Positions 1 through 15,900 of a stretch of DNA of 64,000 nucleotides are shown piece after piece. The position numbers were made by a program, and so were the translations under genes. Position 1 is the first letter of the stretch, and every line of letters begins with the position of its first letter. The notes under the pieces were generated by a model. That model saw nothing but the letters and a program-made list of their open reading frames with translations. It was not told the origin of the DNA and did no database searches. This DNA is from Phoronis australis (Eukaryota > Animalia > Phoronida): the NCBI GenBank assembly GCA_002633005.1, contig NMRA01000087.1:883990-947989 (forward strand), read 5' to 3'.

Positions 1-939
1 CATTTGGTTGCATTCACAGTAATTGTACAGTTGTGTTCTTGATGGAGTAGGGAGTTTTGGCCCAAATTATGGACACAAAAGGAGTGTGCATATAATGTAA
101 GGAAGGCTAGTTATGAATGGTATAACAATGAACTGTTGACCTACTTTTAAGCCTCGACTGGGGAAGCTTACGACATTGAAACGTTTTAGTGATAATTAAG
201 TTAATTATGCACTGCAAATTCAGTTGAAATTGCGAGTGAATGTTGAAATAGTGAACATGGTAAAGGCATGTATAGATTATATTGAGCAAAAACAAGTTTT
301 CACCAAATAATTAACCGAAGACCTTCAGATTTTCACGTCTCACAACTTAATCAGCTTTTTCTTGGCTTCGGCACATCGACTTCATTTGAACTTAGGAACA
401 CAAGTTCTTGAAAACGGCTTGGTGGATTTCGCTGAAACTTTGCTAACTTGATATTTAATTATCAATCTCGACGGATACAACCGCTATTCTTTTCCAAAAA
501 TACCTTATGCTTTGCACGTTGATTTGTCATAGAAACCAAACTAAAAGACTAATCGAAAATTCCTAAAAGAATTTTTGAGATATCAGGTGAAGTTTTCATT
601 TAAAAAAGGTTTCATTAAAATCAATTGAGGAGTTATTTTGCTATGAATGTACCTTTCGTAAAGATGAAATTTTGACTTAAAAAGATATCAACGTAATAAT
701 AATAATAATGGCACTTCAATAAAAATATATTTTTATAATTCCTGATCTTTTTCTTTCAGAAAAATATGGTTTTACTAGTTGGCAAAGCCTGGTTTCTGAT
801 ATAAGAGTTAGAATGGAGGCCACTAAATAAGGTTTGAGATAACCCTAAGTGTTGCGAAAAAAATCAACAATGACAACCATGTTCTTCAAACATGTGACAC
901 ACCAGTAATATGATCAATAGCTCCTTCACTCTGTCCTAC

Positions 940-3900
940 CTTGGTGGATCATTATCAAAGAACAGAACGTCCCTCAACAGATGTATCATTCCCTCTATGC
1001 GGTGCTCCTCGCTCACTTGGTCCAGCTTGACTCCGATGAAGTAGTCAACAAGATTCTCCAGCGAGTGCTTGCCCAGGATCTGAGCCGTCAGCAAGACGTG
1101 GTGGAACCATAATGGGACGTGGTACACATGTTGAGCTGAAATCATGAAATACCCAGGCAACTTATGATATAAACTAACAACAGCGGGCAAAATGACAGCC
1201 AGACTAGCAGTGTTTGCCGAAGCTGTGTTTCTGCATAATTTGACACTACGAAGCTAGAAATGACGGACATTAATTTAGTTATGAGTGTGATACCTGGGAC
1301 GTAATTTTTGGTAAGTTGTCAAAAATAACAAAATGAGAATCAACAGTTGCAATTCTTGGTTGTCTTCCCAAATTTTCCTTTGGTGAAAGTTTTACAAAGG
1401 GTCTGTTTTATGAAAAGTAACTTAAGAGTCTTAGACTCCATGCAACTGTTTCTGAAGTATAATTAGTACAGAGTTTCTGAAAATAGACCCAGATAATTTT
1501 CACAAATTCATAGATTGTGATATGCCAACAATTACACGGCAAAAGTTTCGTCAATAATTGTTAAGTGAGATCGCAAGTCAGAAAATTTCTGGCTTAAATC
1601 ATAAGACACTTTTCATAAAACAGACCCTAGGTTCGCCTCTAACATTGCTTGTTGATCGGTGCCTGTTTAGGAATTTCTAAGTGGTTTTCAAGAACCCCAA
1701 GAAATAGAAGTGGAGGGTTGGTCCCCTGGACCCCAGTCCTTGAAAGTATAGGTCAAACACTGGATTTGGTATACATCTTGTATTGGACTGGTGAAGTACA
1801 AGCAAAAAAATCAATACAGGGAATGGGTAATCATAATGAGACTATTTAGAAGATAATGAAAGTTAGAAAGTATTATTTATTAAAAATAACTGGTTTTTAA
1901 TCTAATTACCCTCTATTTTAAGATTATGCAGTTTCAGACGTTTAGAAAATAAAGCTCATTGCAACATTTCATAAACCTTTCAACAAAAATGGTGGGCATA
2001 TAGAATCATGACTATGACTATGACTACACACCCAAAATGCTCCCAATACATACCAACAAACAGAACCACATCAAATATTCCCTCCAAATTGATCACACTG
2101 GTCTCTTCTGGTACCTCCTCAACACTGTCCACACTGTCGGCATTGTTTTCATAGAGAGGGTTGTTCAACTGAAAGGAGAATGATAAAATGTTGAAAGTCA
2201 GCTGTTAAAATTTGAGTCTTACCTGACAGCTGTAATACCAAAATGTGTAATTATTCCCTTTTAATGTATTGTTAAACAGCCTGACACTTTCCTGTCCAGT
2301 GCGCGATTGCATGAAACAGTCCCAAATAGGGACTCAACTAAGTTCCCTAAATCTACCCTTTCTTATGCTGTTTGAGTCTCATTACTGAGTCAATTTTCGG
2401 CTTGTGATACAAATCAAGATTGACCTGTACGATGAATTCTCAATATTATTGAAAATAAATAGGGATGTTTTCATGCAATGCCCCTAACTTAAGGACACTC
2501 AGTTTTTATTGATATTATTAGAAAATATCATTAGTCACATGAGCTCATAATAAAGATAAAAATGATAGAGAAAAGATTACATCTGTGAGTAAAGAATGAA
2601 ATATGCAAAAGATTTGGAACTTAGTTTGGGGCTATATCATGCAACCGGGCACTAGGGCCTTTTTCACTACAAATTGTAAAGGTTTGGATATGCTTGTGAG
2701 TTCATTACTAGACATTTCAAAGGCATGATGATGCCCCTTGTTGACAAGTTTTACCAGCAACCAAATCCTCAACCCTTACAAAACCTGACTGGAAAATATT
2801 GCCGCACCTGAAATGTTAATCCTCAAAAGAACGCTAGATCTAGTTTTAAACTGATACCAACAGTAATCAATGACACATAGGTCACTGAAATCTTTGAAAC
2901 AAAACAATGCTCAGTAAACTTTGTCAAACCTCAAAAGTCTGCTACATCAGCAAGCATTACTAATGGTGAAGGTGAGTTAAACAGCAGCTACAGGAACACA
3001 AAGACTGCCCACCCTGAACCACTGGATCCTAATTGGGGCATATTGCCCCGACATATTATTAAAGAAGTATTTTAGCTGAATGACGCTTTTATCTTTCAGG
3101 ATGTGTAAATTCAGGCAATATTCCACCCTTGCGAGCTGCAACGGTATTCTCATAAGCAGTATTCGTTCTCATCAATAAACTTTTTTGTGAGATGTATTCT
3201 TATCCAATGTACAGGTGTTTTCATGACATACCTTTTCACTAGACACTGACCCACTATCATCATCAACAGGTGATGACGGCTGAGGTTTGGGCGCGACTGT
3301 GGATAACAGGAATGACCGTAAGAATGGGTCAAGATGTTGACCTCTCTCCTTCACTAGCTTCATTGGCATAGACTTGAACATTTTCTCTGAATGAAACAAA
3401 TTACAAAATATTTGTGTGATAATATAAATACTGATTGGACGGTGGAACTGATTAAACACACGACACTTTTCATGATTGGATAGTATGAATGTTAGGTGAT
3501 TAATTGCTTTGTTGCAGCAAAAACAAAACAATGCAATGTATCATATTCCATACTATTTCGCAGCATACTGTTTTGTGCTGGTGCCTAATAACTTAATTAT
3601 CAATGAATGCAATGTGCATTTTGACTAAGAATGGCACACCTTTAAACCTTGAAGGTAACACATGTAATTTTTGTGTTTAGTTTATCACTCTGACCTCATT
3701 AATGCCATGAATTGTCAAATTTAACAACGGACAGGTTTTATTGCCTTACTTCCAAAGCTCAGACAGTGTCACCACGAGATCCCTTAAATAATTCAAGGTC
3801 ATGAACAACACGTACACATTACTAATGTTGTCCTTTCAGTGCTGCTGTTCCGTGTTCTCGAGTGGCGCAATATGGCACAAAAAGGCTAACTCATGTGTCC

Positions 3901-6900
3901 TTTGAAGTCTAAGCTTGAGTAATTAAATCGGGTCACAATCTAGAGCTTAAGTATTGCTAGGACGACGTAATTACTTCAAAACGTTTTAAAAAGATCTATT
4001 AAACTAAGGTAGGCTTTAACTTTAAAAAAAGAATTTCTCTCATCATATATGTAAATTAACAAAATTATGGTAATACTTAATCACTTATTTAGCACACAAT
4101 ATGGCCGACAAAAGAAATTCTGTTTTGTAAAATTTCTTCACAAAACTAAAAATTAAGAAAATTTTAGTGCATCACAAGCATAGTTTGTGTAGTTGACATA
4201 AAACAACGTTTGGTAAAAGTAAGCATATTTAGTCTTCTTACACACCTGTTGGTCACCTCACGTGACCTATAGTTAGGTATGAACAGATCTCTGTCCCTAC
4301 TGGGGCTCCAACAAGAAACTTCGTGCTGACAGTGCAAACATCACAATAGGTCATGTGATGTGACTAATATATGGGGTGTATAATTCTTACTTATACCATA
4401 TCAACGCGCTCGTTTATAATAACACAATTGTAACCATTTGGTAAAGTTTCCACTATAAGTAGCAAAGTTATACGTCTCTTAAATGGAAAAATTATAATTC
4501 TGACAATTATTTTCGTACTAAAGAAGTGTAAAGTTGTCATTATGTGACACGACAGCTTGAAATGCAATCTTACCTATGTTGATGTCCGGTAAAATGTTTT
4601 TACTAAAAGACAGGTCTTTTGACAGGAATCTGAATAGTAACTCACTCCCTCGGAGGTTAGGTTTTGTCAGCAATCTCTAGAAATGAGCACAATATCACAA
4701 CTTCAAGATTTTCCAGATACATGCAGTCTCATTAGGTAAAGTCAAAACCGCAAACTTCAAACTGGAATCGATCAAATTGGTGGTGGTGGATTTCCACACT
4801 GTAGCACCTTGTGAACTCCAAACAAAAGGTTCTACCCCAAATCATGAATCAAAGCAGTGATTGTCCAGGATAGCCCAGCGTTGGAATTTGAGGAAACACT
4901 TCGTGACTGAATGAAAAATAAAAAAAATTCACTTCAAATGTATCCAGAGTAAAGGTAAACAGTTTCAAAATCAAATACAGAATGATCAAGGTACCAAAAC
5001 ATTTATTTTATGAATGTGAGAATGTGAAACAGTCAAATCATGATGAATGAGAGCCATGATGATGACAACTGCGGTGATGAAAAAGGATTGTGATGACCTT
5101 GGTAATGAAGATGGTGATGACATGTGAAGGTGACCATGGCGATAATGATGTAGACGGTGATGAAGACAGTAATTTCAGGAATAACTTATGAACCAATTGA
5201 TGATTTGGGAAGGAAAATATAACACCAGTTAAAAAGTGGTACAGGCAAATTTGAAAACTTGAACTAAGGGCGTAAAATAGTTGAATAACATCTGGCCATG
5301 TCTTGAACACATCTACCACGAGGAAGTCTCTTAGGTTAGTTAAAGTGAAGGCAAAGTTACCTTTAAGTAGTCTTCAAATTCACATCTTTTGGACTCCAAA
5401 AACTTCATGTTCTTGGCTCCAAAATTTTTCTTTGGTGGGAGCTGTACATCTGTAAAGTCGCCTAAACACAAAGTACAGTAATATGAATAAAAAACAATTT
5501 CTGAAAATGTACATTACATAAATGGTCACCTCATTTCTGCCAGTACTGAGTCTAAGACTGCTCAGCCAAATAACTGCTGAGTAGAGACAAGCATTTGTGT
5601 TTCTTTTTCAGGCATAACAACCATCAAGCCATTTTGTGTTCCAATAAAACATCTGAGATCTGATGACGTACAACTATACACTTTTGCAATGAACAAATTA
5701 ATCAGTGCTGAGTTGATCTTGTCGAGTCAGTTCTCAAATCACATTTGACAGAAAACTACTTTCTGGTGGGAAGAGTGTGTAAATGACTCGTACGCACATG
5801 GTTGAATGTAGTGGCAGAGCCTGGGAGGTTCTGGGAAATATGAGATTAATCTTACCGTGGAATTCTCTCAACTTCTGGTCAAGTAGATAAAAATCACCGT
5901 ATTTCCTGAAAAAGTAATACTCATTAAAATTGTTTCCACAAAAATCAAAACAAATAACTGAAGGCTACAATCACTAACAAATTAACAAAACACACAGCAA
6001 TAGCAATTAGTAATTCACCTAGTTCATATATGTCGACTGTCAGCCGACCAGTAGCATGCTTCTGATGTTTTGTATATTATGTCATAAGTTGTAACAATAC
6101 ATACAAAATAAACTGCCACTACACTTTGTATATTCAGTGAATTCAGTGTAAAACTGCAATAGTTGTGAAAATCACCTACCTCACAGCATTCCACTCTGCG
6201 GCATCTGAAAATACAACATGAGGAAGAAGATAATAAGACAAAGCAAGTGAGACAAGACAGATCACCGTATAGTACTTTATAGAAACCACACATTTCATCT
6301 TCAATTACCATTTTCATAGACCATTTAAATGAACTTCATGCCAGGAAAATTTAAGATAAGATTTCTTACTCAATGGACAAACAAGCTTTCATAAAACTGC
6401 AAAAGGATTCATTGCAATCTCTTGTAATGAATAAAAGAATCCTACTCATGTGTCATAGAACACCGGCACTCACTTAAGTCTCCGACGATGTCTAAACGGC
6501 GCACGTCGATCACATAGCCTGTGTAGACTTTCTTAGGATTGTCTTGTTGGGGGAATGGTGCCACAAAGGGAATGGAGATACGCCACGTGCTGAGGTCATG
6601 CAAAGGTGACGTGTCGATAAATTCGTCCTCGCAGATGTTGTTGGTCTGGAAAAATTGCCAAAGTCAAAACACACTTTCTTTGTAAAGACCTGACACAAAG
6701 AAATGTACGCCAATAGCAAAATTACGCCAAATAAACCCAGTGTTAACAAAACGAGATGTTCATTTAATGGCATAGCAGACAACTTTCTACTAAAATTATT
6801 CAAGACTTACAACAGAGTTCACATGATCCGGCAAATCCTCTTCGTCAATAAGTTTATCATCACCTGAAACAACATACATTGAACTCAAGTACACCAGTAG

Positions 6901-9900
6901 GCTATGCACAGTATCGCGCTATCCAGATTAAGATAGAAAACTGCACTTAACATGCAACCAATGAACAATAACAAAAACAAAACTACAAAATTCAAAAGTT
7001 ATCAAGACGGAAACAATAATCAAACACAATGAAACATGTGTTCAGTCTAAATCTTTAGACCTCAGGATTTTGGATCTGGAGAAATACACGAACATTACAA
7101 TCAAAACATGTCAAAGACAACTTCTGAACTTGAAAGCTACAAAAATTCTACCTTTGATAATTGAAGACGTATACCTAACTTGACAATGTATTTCTTCTTC
7201 ACTTGGATATATACAGTTAATTTTGTCTGCAGTTACGTGATAAAATTGTATAAAAGTAAAGAGAAGTTGTTACCGGTACATTGTTTTCAAAATCTTTTAT
7301 GGAACTAGTAGCTAGGATTATAGAAGCCGTGCAAAGCAATTCTCAGAAACCCAATTGTCACTAATGAGCAGATGGTCTTACATGGTGAAAAGCTGTTAGA
7401 TAGCACAGTGATCAGATACATCTTGCAGTTCTCTAAAATATACCCATGTCAAGACTTCTGAGTTGGGTTGTAAAGAGGTTTTCATACAACGGTGACCCCC
7501 AACAATACTTCAGAAACGGGTGTACTCTTTGAAGTAGTTATGGAAAAATTTCTCAATTTAAGACAAAACTAATTGCTCACAGCCAACTTTCTAATTCTCA
7601 GGGGCTTACTACAATGCTGCAACGTATGCAAAATGTGACTTTGTGACTGTCATTGCCATGGAAATCATGCTAAAAAAGCAAAAATTTATTGTAAAGTAAT
7701 ATTCAGTCACACATCAAACACAAAAAATTCACTAGTCTATCATATTGAGGCCTGAACTGAGGATTTTGCACCAAATTCTCTGCTCTCACCATTCCTAAGC
7801 AGCTGGGAGTAGCACAGCTGGTATCTCAAAGTGTGGTCTCATTCAACATTCAACCTGTTATGTCCCTGCACAGTCACCTACCTATTAACTGTTGCTGCCT
7901 GAATGACTTAGTCAACTTGCTGCCTCTCTTGAAAAAGGTCGACTTCTCCGATTGTCTTTTCCTGGAAAATAATAATAGCCATAAGAGTGAGAACAAAAAA
8001 ATTGAAAAACATTAATGGAGGTCAAAATACTTAGATTAGAAATTCAAATATTTCTCATTTATAAATGCTTAAACATCTAACTGCTCCACTTAAAAAGCCA
8101 ATAAACTTACTTAACAAGGACCACGTGCACTGTCCTGCTATACAGCGTGAGACAGACCTCAAGCAACAATTTTTCAAAAATGTTCAGAAGTATGTCTCTT
8201 GTCTTGAGCAACTATTATGCAACTTTTCCACTGTTGATCACTAAACAATGTTTATCTTTATGGATCTCTGAAAACTATGTGTGCGAATCTCAGACTAGAA
8301 AGTTTTGGAAAGGTCACAGAATGAATTCACACTAAATGGCAAGTCACAATTTGACACATTTCAAAATGTCACGGGAAGTGTCAATTGTCGCATCTATTTT
8401 GGCATTTTCTGCATGTATAAGTCCCATAAACTTTGTTTTTGTCACATGTGCAAGGCACAATACTTGTCAGTGATTATGATTTTACAATTTGTGAGAAAAG
8501 GAACCACCACTCGATGCAGACTAAAATAACTGTAAACCCAACAAAAGACTTAGTAACATTAATTACTTGGCTCACATTTCGTCACAGAATTTTCAAAATG
8601 TCATAGAATTTCTGCAAGCAAGTTTTGTCAAAGAATGTCATGTCACAGCAATCCTCTGAAAGGTGTATGATCAAGCTAGAAAAAGCTATACATCTCTTCA
8701 TTTTGGTTTCTTAACCGACACATGGCCACAAGCTTGCATACTAAAACTGCAAACTACAGATTACAATGAAATGTCTGCATGCATCAGCTTTTAAAGCGTA
8801 CAGTAAAATCTCATCAATTTCGGGAAAAAAATCGACAAAAATGTCCTTTTTTCAATTTTCAAGGCCTTTAATCATAATTGTGAATACTCGCAACTTTCTA
8901 AAACTTTATCCAATGGTAACTGTGGTACAATGAACATAGAAAACCATGCAATTTGGTGTTGCACGTGTTTGAAAAAATTTCACTTGTCGGCCATATTGTG
9001 TCCTAAGCTGGCGAGATCAGTTTACCATAACCCATTTTCCATAATTCATCTCGCAAATGACTTCTCACTCTTACTAAAAAGATTGATAATAAAGTGTAAT
9101 TCTTTGGCTTGTGTCGAATCGCTTGACCACAAGAAAAAATTTCAATACTCAGGCAGACTCTATAGGGACTAACAGTTATGAATGCTGTAGTCAGTCACCA
9201 GTTATGAGCGTACTGAACACCAGCCACACAGACAAAAATTACATGCGATTTTTCAGTATTTATCTAATACTTGTCTAAAACTCATCAGGTGCTCATAATG
9301 TTGACAAAGATGGTTGAGATGTTAATGGAAGCCATCAATACAAGATTTTTTTTTGAAAATGTAAAGTGACTGACAACTAAACAAATAAAAGTAAAACTCA
9401 AATATTAATTTGGATCTAACAAAATGCGAAATCCAAATGCACAAATTAAAACAACCATACCATGGAATGTTTTTCGAAATTAAGTGAAACCTGATTTGTG
9501 CGCGTCAAACTTAGGCGAGATTTACAATTTATTTATTCATTGAACATTTAATTTGCAGAACGTATAAATACAAAAACATAATTATTTTTCAGTTATTTCG
9601 GTTCACGGATTGCTTATGTACAGTGGGACCATAGGCAAAAAATTAAAAACAGCAGTGCATTACATAACACGACACTTAAGAGACACATGTGACAAGGAAT
9701 CTTATAGCTTATGGAGCAGAAATTGTTAATTGTCCCCAGTAATTTAAAATTCCAGCCAAACCAACCGATCACCACAGTGGCGGGGTCAATCTGCTAGTCT
9801 ACACTAATAAGATCTGGACGTGATCAAGAAATTCGTTAACTTTTGTAATTTTACGTGACCTTGTATGACTTTGCCACTTGCTCTACAGAATGCAGTCTGG

Positions 9901-12900
9901 CCCAGTTGTTTCAGCCAGGCATGCCACAGTCTGCAGTAACATTCAACTCCAGAATCAGTGGACTTTGACCAAAGCTATGTCCGTTGAGCATTAATATAAA
10001 GTTGAAGCAACACACAATATAATTACACAACCATTCACAACTGTCTAAGTCTGTAGAATGATTTCAACAATGAAAACATGACATCATGTTTAACAAAGCA
10101 TTGTAATGGTTGCTATCTAACATAAAACTTTAGGCCCAAATAACCAAGACATCATGCTCAACAGAGGTCACTAGTGCAAAATTTAACAAGGTGCAAAAGC
10201 AAAGCTGTACAGTGTATATAGTACACCTTTTACGGAAATGAAGAAATTTAAAAAATATTCCAACAAGCATTGTTCAACAAATGGACGAAAGGCACAATGA
10301 GAGTCCATGTCAAAGCGAGACATATACAAGTGAGCAAGAGCAATAGCTTGATGTGAGTAATATTGGAAAATTACATATCTCAGTATAGTTACAAAGTTAC
10401 AAATAAATCCTATTTCATGAGAAATGAAGATATTTAGAATGCCAGTAAGTCAACCAACATCATTCATAGACAATGTGACAAAGGTTACGCAACAGAATTT
10501 GCATACACACGAGTAACCAAGAAATAAGAATTGTGACATGAACAACCAATCACTGCAAGAAAAGACATCACATGGATGTGCATGCACTTTCACCTATGAC
10601 AAACTACCACACGGTTTATCGGACAACAATTGATTACGCGAGTAGGAGCTATACTACAGACACCGCTGACACCAACGGCAGGCATTTACCTATCATTCTT
10701 ATCGAGCAGTCGATCAAGCAAAGATTGACTTGAAAAAAAAAATGAAGTCACAGACACACTTAGTGAACGCAAGACTGAACTGATGGAATATCTGTCATAC
10801 ATAAAGCAACATGGTAAGCTTACACTTCATCTAGTATTCTTCTCATGGTTGTCAGCACCAGGCAATAAATTAGTAAACTGCTGAGCACAGAGCGGGCACA
10901 AGATGTGGTCATCATTAACTAGAGCAGCGCAGAGTGCTGAAATGTGCCCGCGACAGCACTGCAAACAGTGTGCTTCTACGGGTGTTTTTAGAATCAAAAA
11001 TGGCCATTAGATGGCGCAGAAAGCGTCAAACCCACCCAAATTGAGAAGGTGGCACCGTCTTTGTAACACACAACTATTTGCCAAATTTTATGAAAATAAG
11101 CCTAAAATATAGAGGCAAAGTTAAAAAACAATTGACATAAGGGGCACAGCTATAGTCCAATCGGTCTGAAATTCATTGCTATCTGTTGCCATCTCTACAG
11201 GAGCCCAACTGCCAAATTTCTAGAAGATCCTTCAAAGGGTTAAGGAAATACAGCCATAGATGTAAAAAAGCAAAATTGTCCCTAGGGCACACCAGAATAG
11301 TCAAAAACATCTGAAAATCAATTTTAGCCAGGGTATTTGCTTCAGAAACACACTGGCAAACATCAATGTTCATAATGATCCATTGAAGGGGTTTGGCAGA
11401 AAGAGAAGTAGATGTCAAAAACATACGCAAACATGTTTAAATGGCCACCAGGTGGCACAGAAAACATCAAATTTGTTCGAAAATGAGCTGACGTTGACTC
11501 TTTAATAGAAACCTATTTACCAAATTTCATGAAAATACATAAATGAACTACGAAGGTAGAGCAAACGTAAACAAACATTTTGCCACTATGTTTTTGTAAT
11601 GGTTTAAGAAAATACAGACGCAGATGCAAAAAAAAACAAAATTCCCACATCATCAGCATCATCGCCTCTTTGTTGAAAACCTATTGGCCAAACTTCTTGA
11701 AAATCCATCAGGGAACTCCGAAGAAACACACGGAAATGTAAAAAATGCCACTAGGGGGCACACCAATCATCGGATTGATCTGAAATATATCACCATCTGT
11801 TGTCAGCTCCATAGAAACACATTTACCAAATATCACGAAGTACTTGAAAAGGATTAAGAAAATACAGCTGCGGATGCAAAAAAACAAAACCCTCAGTAGG
11901 AAGCACCAGAGTAGTGGAACCCGTCCGAAAATCAACATCCGCCGCAGCCTACTCACTAAGATCATTCTTTCCAGAATGATTCTTCAAGCAATTTGGCAGA
12001 GAGAAAGACAGATGCCAAACAACTTGAAAATTTATAAAATGGCCACTAGGTGGCACAGGCTCGTCAAAGCCATCCAAAAATGAAAAAAGCCATTGTCTTG
12101 TTAATAGAAACCTATTTGCCAAATTTCAAGAAAATGCATCCAATACTTCCAAAGACACAGACACTAGGGGGCACAGTGGTAGTTGGATTGGTCTGAAATT
12201 CATCATCATCTGTTGCCACCTTCATACGAGCACATCTGCCAAATTTTATTAAGATCCTGAAGGGGTTTAAGAAATACAGCTACAGATGGCAGATGCCCGG
12301 ACACAGATGACAGTAATATGTACCCACGCATAAATATATGAGCACATAAAAAGCGTTGGATGCCATGTAAAATTCAGCTTTGGGCAAGTATACTTTACTT
12401 AAAGAACAAACACATGCAAAGTTTTAGTTATTTTACTTGTATACGTAAACAAAATACATTGAAAAAGAGGAATTCATTAAAATAGACCATGGAATCATAT
12501 ATAAACGAATAAAAACTTAAAACTTGGAAGATTAATCCAAGAACAATAAGGAATCCTAATAGACGGCCCTGGGTATGTAAAACAATATTAGCAATAAAAA
12601 CCATTCTGTAGAAAAATTAATATACTATAAAAAGCCTGAAGGTGACCTATATTTAGCTGATATTGTTAGTAAGCCAGCAATCACAATATCCATAGGCTCT
12701 CATGGGAGACAACTCACAAACCAACAGCAACTGATCACATGATACCAATGACCCCTGCAGCCATCTGGGGCCTGTTTCATGAAACAAGTTCTGGGCAGAG
12801 AAAACAGAATGACAGGCAACTGACTCTGAGGGAAGTGCTTCTACTTTAATTAGTACATGTGCACTCATCAGGCATTTTGCAAGATGAAGACGTTGCTCAA

Positions 12901-15900
12901 GCATCAAACAGGGGGCAGCAGCAGTCAGCGGTAAAAGTGAACAGGTTACCATAATTGCTTTATGAAAAGTGTCCTTGAATTAGACTGAAGACTTACCAGG
13001 ACTGGTTCCTATTGATGCGGGCTGTAAGTCTCTGGCCGCATATTAGACTAAAATACTGAAAAGGGACAAATGTAACAGGGGTACATTATATATTACATAA
13101 TTATTTTCACACACCATGAATCCATATCCATTCTGACTAAAGAATGAATCCATTTTTTAAAGCATTAAAGGTTCTTGGTTAATGCATGTTAATTGATGAA
13201 CTAGATCGGTGAAAATCTATGTCACAAATAATCTTAACATTACCATATCCCACATTTTAAACCAACATGAAGAACCAAATACAGGTAAAAATTGACCATC
13301 TGACGATGACCTTCCGAAGGTTGGAGTTTCACACATAATTATATATATCCGATAACTAGGGTAAGGTAGAAGTTGTCGCTATGTGCACAACAATGGACAG
13401 CTGGTATGAATACGCAGCTGATAATTACTTCCGCCATGCCCCAGGTTTGCGGCCACAAAGCAATTACCCTAGAACAAGTAACCCTACCACAATAAGGTGG
13501 AGCAAGTTGCACAAGTTTAAATAGCATTCACACAGCCTTTAAACCTGGCGACAATTCGTTCCAGGAGTTACTTGTTCTAGCATAAGTCTGTGTGTGGGTG
13601 GCACTTAACGTGTTGCCAGAGAATAGGGTAATTGAAGCTTGCGCTTCAGTTCACAGATTTAATGGGTTTTGGATTGAATTTTCACCTGTACTAGGTCCGT
13701 CATGAAATAAACACAAGAGAGCACATATGAATTTTTTCAACCATTGTCATGTTAAAAAAATACTAAACAACTATTCGATGCAGAATAAAGTTAGAAAACA
13801 TAATAATATTATTGTCAAATAAACTCACGCATGCTTTGGCCACAGAATCTTTTGAAAGTTTCACATTAAAAAACAAGAGCCATTCCCTGACTGTGTGAGT
13901 TAGTTTCACAACCATAAAAGATTTCCGTGGCTAACATTACACAATCACACAAAACAAAATAAAAAAGTCAAGCTATCACATCACTGAAATGTCATTTTTA
14001 ATAAAATAACCAAACGGGGATGTTATCATTACTAAAAAGAGGAAAAAACTAAACAGACTTACATCATCACATTGGTAAAAGAGCGGCAGAAATTGCTTTT
14101 CAAGTAGATCAAGAACTGTTCCAAATGCCCTGGAAAAAACAGACTTAACGTATCAGCTTAATACAACCATCTTAAGTATTTGGTTTCAAAGGGTTTGAAT
14201 AGAAAAATAGATGCCTTTAACATCAATAACTACTATACTCAGTGTCAGATGTAAACTTTTACAAAGTGAGAAGTCACAAGAGCTTGCAATTTTTAACATT
14301 ACAAATTGACCAAAACCTGTTATTTCCACTACAGTGACACTTAATATGAGTTCCGGATAACTTTAGTTCTGGAAAAAATCTCATACAACGCTCATTAAGA
14401 ATAAACATAATTATATTCATCATAGATCACAATTGTATTGTGTTGTGTTCAGTTTACCTGAGAACTGCTGTGGAAATCACGCAACAGTACATAGATCTCA
14501 TCTCAGTCTCAGGTTGAACTTCTGAATAATATGTAATTCAGATTGTAAGCCCCAGTACAAAGAATACTAAGAAAGTTGCATTCAAGCATCTTTAATGTTA
14601 ACAACCAGTACAATGTACATACCTGAAGATTGCTGTACTCTCTCGAAGATGAATCAGTGATTCAGCCTTTCCGTCAACAACTGAAATTTTACAACAAAAA
14701 GTTACGACACCTCTTGAAGCATACGATACGAAACAAGAACATTGTCAAAACAAAAGTCACACAATATCATGTACTTAGAGGGACAGTGGCAAGGACATGT
14801 GCCTCCCATTAATTAGCCATAGATTTATTAACAATAAAAAAGACAAAAAGGAAACTAACATCAAGTTGAATAGGCATTAATTTACACTGCAAGTCATATT
14901 TTAACCAGACAGAACAAAACAATTAAGAAAGATACACCAATATTCCTGATGGGTAGGACATTATGAATACTAATTAAAAATTCAAAAGTTAACATCACTT
15001 TCTGATCTTCATGATTTTCTGTTTTAGTCAAAGTTTTCTCAGTCCTCAAGCAGGATGAAGACCATTATCAAATTTTTGGGGTCTAAAACACCACACTGAT
15101 CTTCATGACCACCAAAAACTACACAACAATTTTACAGAAAGACAAAATTACTTTACTACAACTGTAACAGTAATATACTAACATTGTTTAATCTCGGTGA
15201 CTAGATTCTCGTCAATAGGTACACTATCAGACACCTCAGGGGCGAGGTAAGTGTAGTATAGGGACTTGACATCTTCATGAAGGTGAATCAAGTCGTCCTC
15301 CGACAGCTGTGGTCGCAACGACTTCTTGTTGATCTCCTCTGCAAACAATGCTAGCAGTTACAAAATGGACCAACAGGCTTGACTGCAGTTTACTTACAGT
15401 ATTGTCAAGAATTATGGAACTTTTTGGAAGTGGTGGGATCATAGAATTTAATAACCAAGGACATTATCATTCATGAAGAAGAATTTGATCCACAAATTAT
15501 AAATCAATACATTTCAGCACTGCAGGGCAAATGCCAGTGGTTCACACAGTAAAATAATTCTAAAAGAATTAATTCTAAAAGAATTGCTGCAGTTTAAACA
15601 TTGAACGTAGATTGCTACCAGATACCACAGCAGAAGTTCTATACTAAATTTGCACTTTGAAACATCTATTTAATAGATCAAAACATCCACAATGGCCATG
15701 CGCAAAACATGGTGTTTCAGTAATCAGACAAAACATCTCAGTTATCACCGACTTCCTGCGTTGTAGGTTAACAAAAAACCTCTTGACTATGTATTAATTC
15801 TCCTTACCAACAGCTAAGTAGAACTGCAGTATATGGACGGCTCCCTCCTTCTTCATAAACTGCATGAAGGGGAAGAGACCTTTCTGAGCATTCTCTTTGG

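Noticed and set aside
6646-6700. Alternative acceptor (ttctttgtgtcag) 44 nt upstream of the 6645 exon
   Set aside because: It shifts the frame away from the PX-domain reading. The 6645 acceptor restores homology.
11624-12083. Overlapping Lys/Arg-rich ORFs
   Set aside because: They fall within the HINE-like tandem-core element and are a by-product of A-rich repeats.
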